64,000 nucleotides of DNA from Omnitrophica WOR_2 bacterium RIFCSPHIGHO2_02_FULL_50_17 (GCA_001805645.1 MHGQ01000032.1:267-64266), one strand, 5' to 3'. Positions 9,468-17,369 are shown, counted from the stretch's first letter. Translations and numbers: made by a program. The notes: a model not told the origin generated them from the letters alone.

Positions 9468-10532
9468 CTAATCGATAATCGGATACGATCCGACCACCTT
9501 GAGATATTTACACATCCCCTCCAGCTGGTCGAGGGCCCTTTTGACATTCTTGTCCAGCCGATGGCCTTCAAAATCCACGAAAAAGTAATAGTCCCATGCC
9601 TTTTTTTTGGCCGGCCGTGATTCGATTTTGGTCAAATTGATGTTGTTCTTTACAAAGGGCGTCAGCATCGCATGCAATGCCCCCACCCGGTCTTTGATCG
9701 AAAACAAAATCGTCGTGCGGTCTTTCCCTGTCTGCGGCACATCCTGGGTGGCCAGGACCAGAAAACGCGTCGTATTGTGCGCCATATCCTGAATATTGCT
9801 TCTGAGAGTCGGCAGCCCATACACCTTAGCCGCGAAACTTGAGGCGATAGCGGCGGCCTTCTTGTCTTTAGCGGCGCACTGAGCCGCCTCCGTCGTTGAG
9901 GCGACCCAAATCTGCCCTAACCCTGGCAAATTCTGCAGCAGCCAGTTCCGGCATTGGCCGAATACCTGCTGGTTGGAATAAATCCGTTTAATATCCGTTA
10001 CGCTGCGGGCGTGAGACAGAAGGTTATGCGAAATCTTCAGCATAATCTGGGCGCAGATCTTCAATTCCGAATCGACCAAAAGGTCGAAGGTATGGGTCAC
10101 CGCCCCTTCAATGGAGTTTTCAACCGGGACAACGCCGTAATCGCAGTCGCCGTGCTCAACCCTCTGGAACACATCCAGGATGCTGTCGCACGAGACATAT
10201 TCCACCCGCGAGCCGAACTTCTTGTTGGCGGCCAAATGCGTAAAAGACCCTTCCGTACCCAGATAGGCGATACGCAGTTCTTTTTCCATGGACAGAGAAC
10301 TCGACATAATCTCCCGATAAATGGCCTCAAAATCCTCAGCGGACATCGGCCCCTGATTGAGGGCCCTCACACGCTGGAGGACTTCCTTCTCCCGATGCGG
10401 CGAGTAAATGCCCTTTTGGGTCTTCAACTTTTCTTGGCCGATAGCCAGACTCAGTTTGGCCCGTTTATTGAGCAATCCGACAATCTGACCGTCAAGCGTA
10501 TCAACCTGTCTTCGCAGATTTTTAAGACTCAT
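9468..10532 (-). CDS. pheA: Bifunctional chorismate mutase / prephenate dehydratase (P-protein) with C-terminal ACT domain
   Basis: MSLKNLRRQVDTLDGQIVGLLNKRAKL (chorismate mutase helix), TEGSFTHLAA...ESRP (PDT) and an ACT tail. The ORF-track entry 9468-10802 is over-extended into scpB. Start taken as ATG at 10532. Confidence 0.9.
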   Translation of the reverse strand: MSLKNLRRQVDTLDGQIVGLLNKRAKLSLAIGQEKLKTQKGIYSPHREKEVLQRVRALNQGPMSAEDFEAIYREIMSSSLSMEKELRIAYLGTEGSFTHLAANKKFGSRVEYVSCDSILDVFQRVEHGDCDYGVVPVENSIEGAVTHTFDLLVDSELKICAQIMLKISHNLLSHARSVTDIKRIYSNQQVFGQCRNWLLQNLPGLGQIWVASTTEAAQCAAKDKKAAAIASSFAAKVYGLPTLRSNIQDMAHNTTRFLVLATQDVPQTGKDRTTILFSIKDRVGALHAMLTPFVKNNINLTKIESRPAKKKAWDYYFFVDFEGHRLDKNVKRALDQLEGMCKYLKVVGSYPIID

Positions 10533-11352
10533 TTTCTGATCTTTGTGTCTCTTGCGCCGCAGGAAGGGTTGGCACTGCGTCTTGAGAAACACTCCCGGGC
10601 TCATCCTCTGTTGACTGATCCAGTTTTGCCTCAACACTTCTTTCCGCGGCCTGTGGGGCTGCTTCCCCCAATTCCCGCCCGCCAGAGGAGCCGCCCTTTG
10701 GGCGAGCCTCGCCCGGCCTCGATGAGGCCATCGGCCGAGGCGGGCCATTCGGCGGGAGGCTCGCCAAAGGCGGCCCGCCTTCCTGCAACTGCGCAGGGAC
10801 AAGGGTTGGAAATTCCTCCAGCCGGGGCATATCCTCCAAAGATTTCAACCCAAAATACTCCAAAAATTGTTTTGTTGTCCCGTAAAGAAACGGCCTGCCG
10901 GGCACCTCTCTGCGTCCGACACCCTTGATCAATTCCTTGCTTAAAAGATGTGCCACCACGCCGTCGGAGTTTACCCCGCGGATAAGCTCAATATCTCCCC
11001 GCGTGACCGGCTGTTTATAGGCAACGATGGCCAGTGTCTCCAGGGCCGGACGGGACAGTTTCTCTTTGTGCTTTGTTTTATAAAAACTGCGGATGTAATC
11101 CGCATAATGGGGATTGCTGAGCATCTGATAGCCGCCGGCGATTTCCACAATCTTCATGCCGCTTTGTCTCTGTTCGTAGTCTTCCTTCAGGATTGAGATC
11201 ACCTTCTTAATTTCCCCCAGCGTGACCGTTTCCATGACCTTTTTCATCTGATCCAAGGCCACGGGCTTCTCATTGACAAATAACAAGGCCTCGACCACAC
11301 CCCGGACATACATGAGTTGGTCATCTGTTTTATCGGATAGTTGTTGCGTCAT
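10522..11352 (-). CDS. scpB: Segregation and condensation protein B (ScpB) with a long Pro/Gly/Ser-rich C-terminal tail
   Basis: VEALLFVNEKPVALDQMKKVM...GGYQMLSNPHYADYI...RPALETLAIVAYKQPVTRGDIELIRGV are ScpB winged-helix repeats. Confidence 0.9.
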   Translation of the reverse strand: MTQQLSDKTDDQLMYVRGVVEALLFVNEKPVALDQMKKVMETVTLGEIKKVISILKEDYEQRQSGMKIVEIAGGYQMLSNPHYADYIRSFYKTKHKEKLSRPALETLAIVAYKQPVTRGDIELIRGVNSDGVVAHLLSKELIKGVGRREVPGRPFLYGTTKQFLEYFGLKSLEDMPRLEEFPTLVPAQLQEGGPPLASLPPNGPPRPMASSRPGEARPKGGSSGGRELGEAAPQAAERSVEAKLDQSTEDEPGSVSQDAVPTLPAAQETQRSENES

Positions 11353-11385
11353 ATTTTAACTTAGCCTCCGTCCGCTGTTTTTCCC

Positions 11386-12024
11386 TCATCCGGCAACAGA
11401 ACGGATTTTCTGATTATAGATCTCGTTTAACAGGGCCTCGGTCGTGCGGATTTCCCCGGAACGCTCCATGGCCTTGCGGATCATTTCTCTGGCCTCCGCC
11501 TTTTTATACTGGAGCTGAAGAAGAATCTCCAAGGCCTCCTCTTGCCAGTCGGGCGCCTTCTCCAAGACGGCGGGGGCCGTTTCCTTGTCCTGAATCAGCC
11601 CGAATTTGCCCATCTTGCCTTGCAGCTTCGCAACAATCTCCCTGGCCTTTTGCATGCCGATCCCGGGAAGCGTCTTGAGGTAATGAATATCTCCCTCGTG
11701 AATAGCCCGCGTGATTTCCGAGATAGGTTGAGTGAGCGCCTTGATGGCTGCGCGCGGGCCGATACCGGAGACCTTGATAAACTGTTGAAAAAAATCCCGC
11801 TCTATTTCGTTCATAAAACCAATCAGAACCGGTATCCCGCTGGAGGGCCCTATTTGCAGATAATGGTAGGTCACGAGATTCACGCAGCCCTGCTCATCCG
11901 TGGTTTCTTCGATGCGGTTCATGACCGAGGTCGGCACCATAATCTCATAACATAAGCCGTTGACGTTAAGGATGAGCGACTGGTTTTGTTTCTGGACAAG
12001 TTTTCCTGTGATTCGTGCAATCAT
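11386..12024 (-). CDS. ruvA: Holliday junction branch-migration protein RuvA
   Basis: MIARITGKLVQKQNQSLILNVNGLCYEIMVP; HhH motifs GIGPRAAIKAL / GIGMQKAREIV. Confidence 0.93.
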   Translation of the reverse strand: MIARITGKLVQKQNQSLILNVNGLCYEIMVPTSVMNRIEETTDEQGCVNLVTYHYLQIGPSSGIPVLIGFMNEIERDFFQQFIKVSGIGPRAAIKALTQPISEITRAIHEGDIHYLKTLPGIGMQKAREIVAKLQGKMGKFGLIQDKETAPAVLEKAPDWQEEALEILLQLQYKKAEAREMIRKAMERSGEIRTTEALLNEIYNQKIRSVAG

Positions 12025-12503
12025 ATCCCGCGTCTGTGAATATGCATATACCCCAGGGCCAGGGCCAGGGCGTCACTGGCATCCAAAGTCAGTTGACGCT
12101 CATCAATTCCAAGCGCCTGGGCAACCACCCGCTGCGTCTGAATCTTGCTGGCATTACCGTTTCCGGTCAAGGCTTTACGAATCCGCTTAACGCTGTGCTC
12201 GGCCAGGGCAAGATTTTTTTGCGCGCACAAAAGACAAATGACCCCGCGCACGTGTCCCAGGATACTGGCTGTGGTCGGGTGTTTATAATGCGCGTACAAT
12301 TTCTCTAAAACAAGGACATCCGGCTTATGCTGATCAATAATTTCGCTCAAAAGGCTGTAAACTTTGTGAATGCGATTCTGAATAAGATCCCTCTGCCGAG
12401 GCATGATGGTCCCCGTCTCCAACAATTTTATTTTGTTATGATTGTGCTCAATACATCCGTAACCGGTCGCCTTAAGACCGGGATCAATCCCGAGTATCTT
12501 CAT
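12021..12503 (-). CDS. ruvC: Crossover junction endodeoxyribonuclease RuvC
   Basis: MKILGIDPGLKATGYGCIE... RNase-H-fold resolvase; 4-bp overlaps with ruvA and yebC. Confidence 0.93.
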   Translation of the reverse strand: MKILGIDPGLKATGYGCIEHNHNKIKLLETGTIMPRQRDLIQNRIHKVYSLLSEIIDQHKPDVLVLEKLYAHYKHPTTASILGHVRGVICLLCAQKNLALAEHSVKRIRKALTGNGNASKIQTQRVVAQALGIDERQLTLDASDALALALGYMHIHRRGI

Positions 12504-13255
12504 ACGCCCTGCGCAATTTTATCCATTTCCTCATCGGGGATGTCAAAATTCGCGTGAACGTTCTGCACATCCTCGTGCTCCTCAAGGGCCTCCATCAATT
12601 CCAAAAGAGACTTGGCCTCCTGGCCGACAACCCGCACATAAGAACTGGGCAGCATCGTCATCTCGGCGGTAACGACGGGGATGCGTTTGGCCTCCAGGGC
12701 CGATTGAATCCTGGAAAGATGAGGGAGATCACACGTGATTTCGTGATAACGCCCCTCGGAGTTGATATCGTCAGCTCCGGCCTCGAGGGCAATCTCCATC
12801 AGCTGCTCTTCACCAACTTTATCTTTCTCAATCGAGACAAATCCCTTTTTAGAAAATAAATAAGAGGTGGCTCCGGGCCCGGCCAAAGTGCCGTTTTTCT
12901 TAGAAAGAAGATTGCGAATCTCGGCCGTGGTGCGGTTTTTATTATCCGTCAATCCCTCAATAAGCATCGCCACCCCTCCCGGGCCATACGCATCAAAAGT
13001 GACATTCTCATAAGTGACACCGGGAAGCTCGCCTGTCCCTTTTTTGATTGCGCTCTCAACATTCGTCGAGGGCATGTTGATGCCCTTGGCCCGTTCGATG
13101 GCCGCCCGCAGACGCGCATTCGTGTCCGTATTGCCGCCGCCTTCCCGGGCAGCCGCCGTAATTTCCCGGATCATTTTCGTAAAGGCCGCCCCTCTCTTGG
13201 CATCTGCCGCAGCCTTTTTATGTTTAATACTCGCCCATTTTGAGTGACCTGACAT
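12500..13255 (-). CDS. yebC: YebC/PmpR family DNA-binding transcriptional regulator
   Basis: MSGHSKWASIKHKKAAADAKRG... The true ATG at 13255 is preceded by GGAGGTT; the ORF-track start 13348 is an over-extension. Confidence 0.93.
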   Translation of the reverse strand: MSGHSKWASIKHKKAAADAKRGAAFTKMIREITAAAREGGGNTDTNARLRAAIERAKGINMPSTNVESAIKKGTGELPGVTYENVTFDAYGPGGVAMLIEGLTDNKNRTTAEIRNLLSKKNGTLAGPGATSYLFSKKGFVSIEKDKVGEEQLMEIALEAGADDINSEGRYHEITCDLPHLSRIQSALEAKRIPVVTAEMTMLPSSYVRVVGQEAKSLLELMEALEEHEDVQNVHANFDIPDEEMDKIAQGV

Positions 13256-13301
13256 TTGAAAACCTCCTTCAATGAGCACGTAATTTATGGAACGAAGTGA
13301 A

Positions 13302-13330
13302 CATAAATTACTGTGCGAATTGAACCCTTG
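13302..13330. repeat. Left copy of a ~28-bp imperfect inverted-repeat pair bracketing the GIY-YIG gene
   Basis: ctgtgcgaattgaacccttgacattttgc; its reverse complement matches 13603-13631 (taaaatgtcaagggttgaattcgcgcaaa) at ~26/28 positions. Confidence 0.6.
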
Positions 13331-13598
13331 ACATTTTGCTTTTATCAAAGGAACTTATCATTTTCTCTATTGTTGTTTTCCTCGTTTTTCCATTTTTGAA
13401 CTGTTGTTCCCGTCTAAATACTTCCGAACGAGAATTCAATTCTTCAAAATAAACCAATTCTAGTGGTCTTTTATTCTTAGTAGAGGCAACGTCCCCCTGG
13501 CAATGTCTTTTAAAACGCTCCGACAGATTATTTGTGTGCCCATAATACCTTGAGCCATCATGGCACGCCAAAATGTAGAAATAATACGCTGATTCCAT
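13308..13598 (-). CDS. GIY-YIG nuclease-domain protein (UPF0213/YhbQ-like, ~96 aa)
   Basis: MESAYYFYILACHDGSRYYGHTNNLSERFKRH...KRPLELVYFEE...RREQQFK has the GIY/YIG, Arg and Glu positions of the family. The ORF-track start 13613 is a TTG; the ATG at 13598 is more likely. Confidence 0.75.
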   Translation of the reverse strand: MESAYYFYILACHDGSRYYGHTNNLSERFKRHCQGDVASTKNKRPLELVYFEELNSRSEVFRREQQFKNGKTRKTTIEKMISSFDKSKMSRVQFAQ

Positions 13599-13602
13599 AC
13601 GG

Positions 13603-13631
13603 TAAAATGTCAAGGGTTGAATTCGCGCAAA
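13603..13631. repeat. Right copy of the inverted-repeat pair (contains TTGACA on the minus strand)
   Basis: See left copy; it lies between the rnpB 3' hairpin and the GIY-YIG start. Confidence 0.6.
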
Positions 13632-13667
13632 TGGTTTATGTGCGCACTAAGTGCGCACATAAACCAT
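13631..13667 (-). terminator. Perfect 17-bp-arm hairpin immediately 3' of rnpB (probable rnpB terminator/processing structure)
   Basis: atggtttatgtgcgcac taa gtgcgcacataaaccat. On the minus strand it is followed only by UUG, so it is not a canonical U-tract terminator. Confidence 0.5.
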
Positions 13668-13675
13668 GCGCTCAT

Positions 13676-14272
13676 TCAAGCAAACCAAGTAAGCCGAGTT
13701 CTGTTATCCCATAAAGGGTGATGGTTATTCCACTGACTCCGGAGATCACTCTTTCCCTCACGCCTGCCTGCCGCCTGCCTGTCGGCAGACAGGGCAGGCA
13801 GGCTAGGCGCGCGGGAATTCCCTCCCTCATCTTCTTGCGTGATATTGAAGGGGAACCGGACTCTTGCAACCTACCCGGGAATAATGACGAAGCGGATCAC
13901 CTCGTTACCTTTAAAATCCGAAATCTGAATATCGTCCGCCTGAGGCGGACATGCTTCGAATTTTACAGGTATCTTCCCCTATTCGGTCTTGCTCCATGCA
14001 GAGATTGCCGCGTTTCACCCGCCCCACCATAGGTGGGACTCGTGGAATCATCACCTCTCCAAATTTTTAGAGGTAGCGAGATTACACCCTCCTATGGGGA
14101 ACGACTCGTCTCTGTGGCTCTGATCCTCCCCCCGCCCCTTTGCAAAACAAAGCGCCGGGAGTGTCCTGAATTAACAGGATGCATGATCCTCTGGAGCTCG
14201 GACTTTCCTCCCCGCCGTAATTATTCCGAGACGATGTCGGAAAACGCCGGGGCAACCATCTTGGCTTGCTTC
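13676..14272 (-). ncRNA. rnpB: RNase P RNA (bacterial type-A-like), unusually long (~600 nt), with expansion segments
   Basis: Minus-strand transcript contains GGGGAGGAAAGUCCGAGCUCC (P4 5' strand), CCACAGAGAC (ACAGARA), GGGUGAAACGCGGCAA, CCCGGGUAGGUUGCAAGAG and ACAGAACUCGGCUUAC (P4 3' strand). The P4 G>A / C>U changes relative to E. coli are compensatory. A 12-bp P1 is inferred: 5' AAGCAAGCCAAG (14260-14271) with 3' CUUGGUUUGCUU (13678-13689). P1-to-P4 spacing is ~62 nt as in E. coli M1 RNA. Ends are approximate (+/-15 nt). Confidence 0.8.
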
Positions 14273-14676
14273 TTCCTAAAATTCTCCAAAGCGTTGTTGG
14301 CTAATTTATCCGCCGCCTTGTTTTGTTCCCGGGAGACATGCCTTATTTCCAGACGCTCGAATCCCCGTTTAAGATGAAGCACCTGGTCAAAGTAAACTTT
14401 CAGGTGTTCGTTTTTTATCCGATAAACGCCTGTAAGCTGACGGTAGACAAGCTCACTGTCCGTAAAAATCCTGACCTCTTTGGCCTTGAGGACTAAGGCC
14501 TCCTGCAGGGCATAAATCAACGCGAGGTATTCGGCTATGTTATTCGTCACCTCGCCGATTGTCCTGGAAATTTCTGCGATCGTTTTATCATCCCGGGTAA
14601 TGACAACGCCGATAGCCCCAGGCCCCGGATTCCCCCGGCAGGCCCCATCAATAAATATATCCCAAGCGTCTTTCAA
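14221..14676 (-). CDS. rnhA: Ribonuclease HI
   Basis: MKDAWDIFIDGACRGNPGPGAIGVVI...TNNIAEYLALIYAL...IFTDSELV... has the RNase H catalytic DEDD pattern. The last ~17 codons overlap the inferred 5' end of rnpB. Confidence 0.92.
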   Translation of the reverse strand: MKDAWDIFIDGACRGNPGPGAIGVVITRDDKTIAEISRTIGEVTNNIAEYLALIYALQEALVLKAKEVRIFTDSELVYRQLTGVYRIKNEHLKVYFDQVLHLKRGFERLEIRHVSREQNKAADKLANNALENFRKKQAKMVAPAFSDIVSE

Positions 14677-15398
14677 AGATCATCCTCAATATACAAAATC
14701 CGTTGACACATCTCGCATTCCACAAGCTGATCATGCATCCGGATGGTATTGATTTGCTGCTGTGTTACATTCATAAAACACCCGCCGCACGAATTGCCCT
14801 GTAAGCGGGCGATGGCGAGGCCGCTTTTGTGCATTAAAACCCGTTCATAACGGTTTAGACAATGGGGGTCGATATCGGGAAGAATCTGTTTTCTCTGCGA
14901 CTCAAGAACCTTAATCCTGTCCTGGGCCAGCGTCATCTGATCCTCCATCTCATTTTTTTGGGCCAGATAACGCTTTTCTTCCTGTGCGACAACACCTCTC
15001 TCTTTTTCTATTTCCCTTCCGACCGCATCCGCCTCATCATAGGCGATAAGAATTTTTTCCTCAAGAATCGACTGATCCGCCCTAATATGTTCCATCTCGG
15101 CAATTTTCGCCTGATATTCCTTATTGGTTTTGATCTGGGAAAGCTGCGTATTGGCCTTGAGATGCTCGTCTTCCTTGCCCTTTAATTCCAATTCCAGGCT
15201 CTTGCGCCCGAGCAAAATTTTCTTTAACTTCTCCTCCAGTTCGTTGAGATGCGCCTTATTTTTTTCAAATTTTTCTTTCAATTCCCCGATAAGGATGGGC
15301 TTGCGGGTCAATTCCTCTTTTAAGCCGTAGATATCCGAGTCGATTTTCTGAAGATCAATCAATCTTCTGATTTGATCTCTAATGGAAATTTGCGCCAC
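14673..15398 (-). CDS. Coiled-coil protein with C-terminal C4 zinc ribbon (COG1579/DUF164-type putative nucleic-acid-binding protein)
   Basis: Long heptad-rich region followed by CGGCFMNV...CEMCQRILY. 4-bp overlap with rnhA. Confidence 0.8.
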   Translation of the reverse strand: MAQISIRDQIRRLIDLQKIDSDIYGLKEELTRKPILIGELKEKFEKNKAHLNELEEKLKKILLGRKSLELELKGKEDEHLKANTQLSQIKTNKEYQAKIAEMEHIRADQSILEEKILIAYDEADAVGREIEKERGVVAQEEKRYLAQKNEMEDQMTLAQDRIKVLESQRKQILPDIDPHCLNRYERVLMHKSGLAIARLQGNSCGGCFMNVTQQQINTIRMHDQLVECEMCQRILYIEDDL

Positions 15399-15504
15399 GT
15401 CCTCGATTTCCTTTTATCCACATTTTCAAAAACCCTATCTTCTCCCACAGCCCGTCGAAAGCGTCGGCGCCATCTGAGCCCTTCAACCAATTTTGGAAAC
15501 TATG

Positions 15505-15578
15505 TGGACTCAGTAGGACTTGAACCTACGGCCTTCGCCATGTGAGGGCGACGCTCTAACCAACTGAGCTATGAGTCC
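15505..15578 (-). tRNA. tRNA-Val (anticodon CAC)
   Basis: Minus strand reads GGACUCAUAGCUCAGUUGGUUAGAGCGUCGCCCUCACAUGGCGAAGGCCGUAGGUUCAAGUCCUACUGAGUCCA. 7-bp acceptor stem, GUUC(A/G)A T-loop, anticodon loop CUCACAU. CCA is not encoded. Confidence 0.85.
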
Positions 15579-15601
15579 CTATTTCAATATTGATAAAATC
15601 C

Positions 15602-15675
15602 TGGGCCCACCAGGACTTGAACCTGGGACCACCTGATTATGAGTCAGATGCTCTAACCGGCTGAGCTATGGGCCC
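15602..15675 (-). tRNA. tRNA with anticodon CAU (elongator Met or Ile2/lysidine; G1-C72 so not initiator)
   Basis: GGGCCCAUAGCUCAGCCGGUUAGAGCAUCUGACUCAUAAUCAGGUGGUCCCAGGUUCAAGUCCUGGUGGGCCCA. CCA is not encoded. Confidence 0.85.
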
Positions 15676-15988
15676 GGCAAGCATTTTTCATCCTGGCGTT
15701 CCCAACATCGAAAAATATCGACAAAATTTAATTAAGCATATCACAATGCCCCTTTATTTTCAATAGGTTTTCTTGAAGGAGAAATTGTTTTTGGGCTCAT
15801 CCTAAGCGGCTTCCCCTTAACAATTATTCCGAAAATAAGTGTCTGATAATCATGCACTTGGGGTAAATGACTTTCCCTCCATTCCCCTCGCCCAGTCTCT
15901 TTCTACGGCCATATCCATCCCTTGACTCGTTCGGGGCGCCCAAGCCCTCCCATGAGGGGATACTGTGAACGCCTCTCGTTTTTTTTGT

Positions 15989-16507
15989 TTACAACCATCC
16001 GCAGAGAACGAGGCCGCAGATAGTCTTGGCATCGTGGATACACCCCTTTCGAAAAATCTTTTTTGCCTCCATCTTCGTTAAAATTCTGGGGCGAATGATC
16101 TCATCCTTATCCTTGGTCCCCTTCTCCCGGGTTAATCCTTCAGCTTTGTAGATATAAATAATCTCAGTGGAATAACCGGGAACGGGATAAATCCTGCCCA
16201 ACCGCTGTAACCTGCCTGCCTTATAATTCGTTTCTTCAATCAGTTCGCGCCGGGCACAGAGGAGCGGCCGTTCGTTTTTATCCAGCGTGCCGGCGGGAAG
16301 TTCGAGTAAATAACGGCCTAGGACGGGGCGGTACTGATCCAGAAAGACAACCTTATCTTTGGTTAAAAACGGGATGATTAAAACAGCTCCGGGATGTTCA
16401 ATCCTGTCAACCTCGACTCTTAAACCATTAGGGAGTGTCTTACGCACAACGGCAAAACTAAACTTCTTGCCCCGAACTTTCATATCCATGAGCATCTCCT
16501 GTTTCAT
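15989..16507 (-). CDS. NUDIX hydrolase (ADP-ribose pyrophosphatase-like)
   Basis: Nudix box GTLDKNERPLLCARRELIEETN fits Gx5Ex7REUxEExGU. Confidence 0.85.
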   Translation of the reverse strand: MKQEMLMDMKVRGKKFSFAVVRKTLPNGLRVEVDRIEHPGAVLIIPFLTKDKVVFLDQYRPVLGRYLLELPAGTLDKNERPLLCARRELIEETNYKAGRLQRLGRIYPVPGYSTEIIYIYKAEGLTREKGTKDKDEIIRPRILTKMEAKKIFRKGCIHDAKTICGLVLCGWL

Positions 16508-17328
16508 CAGGCCAATCCAAGACGACCCTTGGTGCGAACAATTAAGACCGTGGCCGTCGCCATCATAGCCATCATCAACACAAACATATAATCTCCCCTG
16601 GGCATGAGAGCAACAAAACTTCGTGAGATCGTGGCATCTATCGCGTTAAAGACGGCATGGACAAAAGCCGCCACCAACAAACTCCCTCGCGTTCTGTTAT
16701 AAAACCATGTCAACACGACGGATAAACAAAGAATAGTTACCCCAAAAAAGAAAAATTCCTGCAACACGAATCCTCTAACCGTTAGAATGGGAAAGTGCAC
16801 CAACCCCCAGATCAGCCCGACTATAAGGGTGGATATAAAAGGAGAAAATCTCTGCTGCAGATAAACAAGGACAAAACCACGCCAGCCCGCCTCCCCTCCG
16901 ATACTCTCGGTTGATAAAGAAAAAATAAAGCGTTGACACAAGACGAGTGGAATAAATCCCATCTGATTCCCCTCGATCCTCCCTCCCCCCATCCCATACA
17001 AGCCTACGGCCCCTAAAGCGCTCATGAAAGGGATAAGCACGGCCCAAAGCCATAAACGCATACCTACCCGCCACTTCAAAAACCGGCCTAATAATTCTCT
17101 CACCCTTGGCCAACCGCCGCTAACACCTAAAACAATCACTGCAGCAATGTTGGGAGTCCAGTTCAATAACGTCTGTCTTGTTCTCAAGATAGCAACGACG
17201 TGCCCTTCGCCATAAAGAAACCATTGACCGAAGGCAGGAAATATTCCCATTATATTGACAAATAGGCCGCCCCAGGTCATTAAAACCGTTAATGCCACGA
17301 AAGAGATCAAAGGATGTTTTTTTATCAT
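16507..17328 (-). CDS. CPBP family intramembrane glutamic metalloprotease (CAAX protease / Abi-like)
   Basis: Polytopic membrane protein with GGEAGWRG (EExxxR-like motif 1), WGLVHFP (motif 2) and HAVFNAI (HxxxN motif 3). 1-nt overlap with the NUDIX start. Confidence 0.7.
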   Translation of the reverse strand: MIKKHPLISFVALTVLMTWGGLFVNIMGIFPAFGQWFLYGEGHVVAILRTRQTLLNWTPNIAAVIVLGVSGGWPRVRELLGRFLKWRVGMRLWLWAVLIPFMSALGAVGLYGMGGGRIEGNQMGFIPLVLCQRFIFSLSTESIGGEAGWRGFVLVYLQQRFSPFISTLIVGLIWGLVHFPILTVRGFVLQEFFFFGVTILCLSVVLTWFYNRTRGSLLVAAFVHAVFNAIDATISRSFVALMPRGDYMFVLMMAMMATATVLIVRTKGRLGLA

Positions 17329-17340
17329 AGCCTTCAGAGC

Positions 17341-17369
17341 AAAGGCCTGCTGGAGTCCAGCAGGCCTTT
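17341..17369 (-). terminator. Hairpin terminator downstream of rpoD
   Basis: Perfect palindrome aaaggcctgctgg agt ccagcaggccttt (13-bp arms); on the minus strand followed by UUUG. It lies between rpoD (stop 17509) and the CPBP start (17328). Confidence 0.55.

Noticed and set aside
9954-10928. 324-aa plus-strand ORF opposite pheA/scpB
   Set aside because: Arg/Pro/Gly-rich antisense translation with no RBS or family features; it overlaps two well-supported minus-strand genes.
15850-16032. 60-aa minus ORF in the tRNA-upstream spacer
   Set aside because: No RBS; Ala/Arg/Ser-rich; overlaps the NUDIX stop region. It is likely non-coding.
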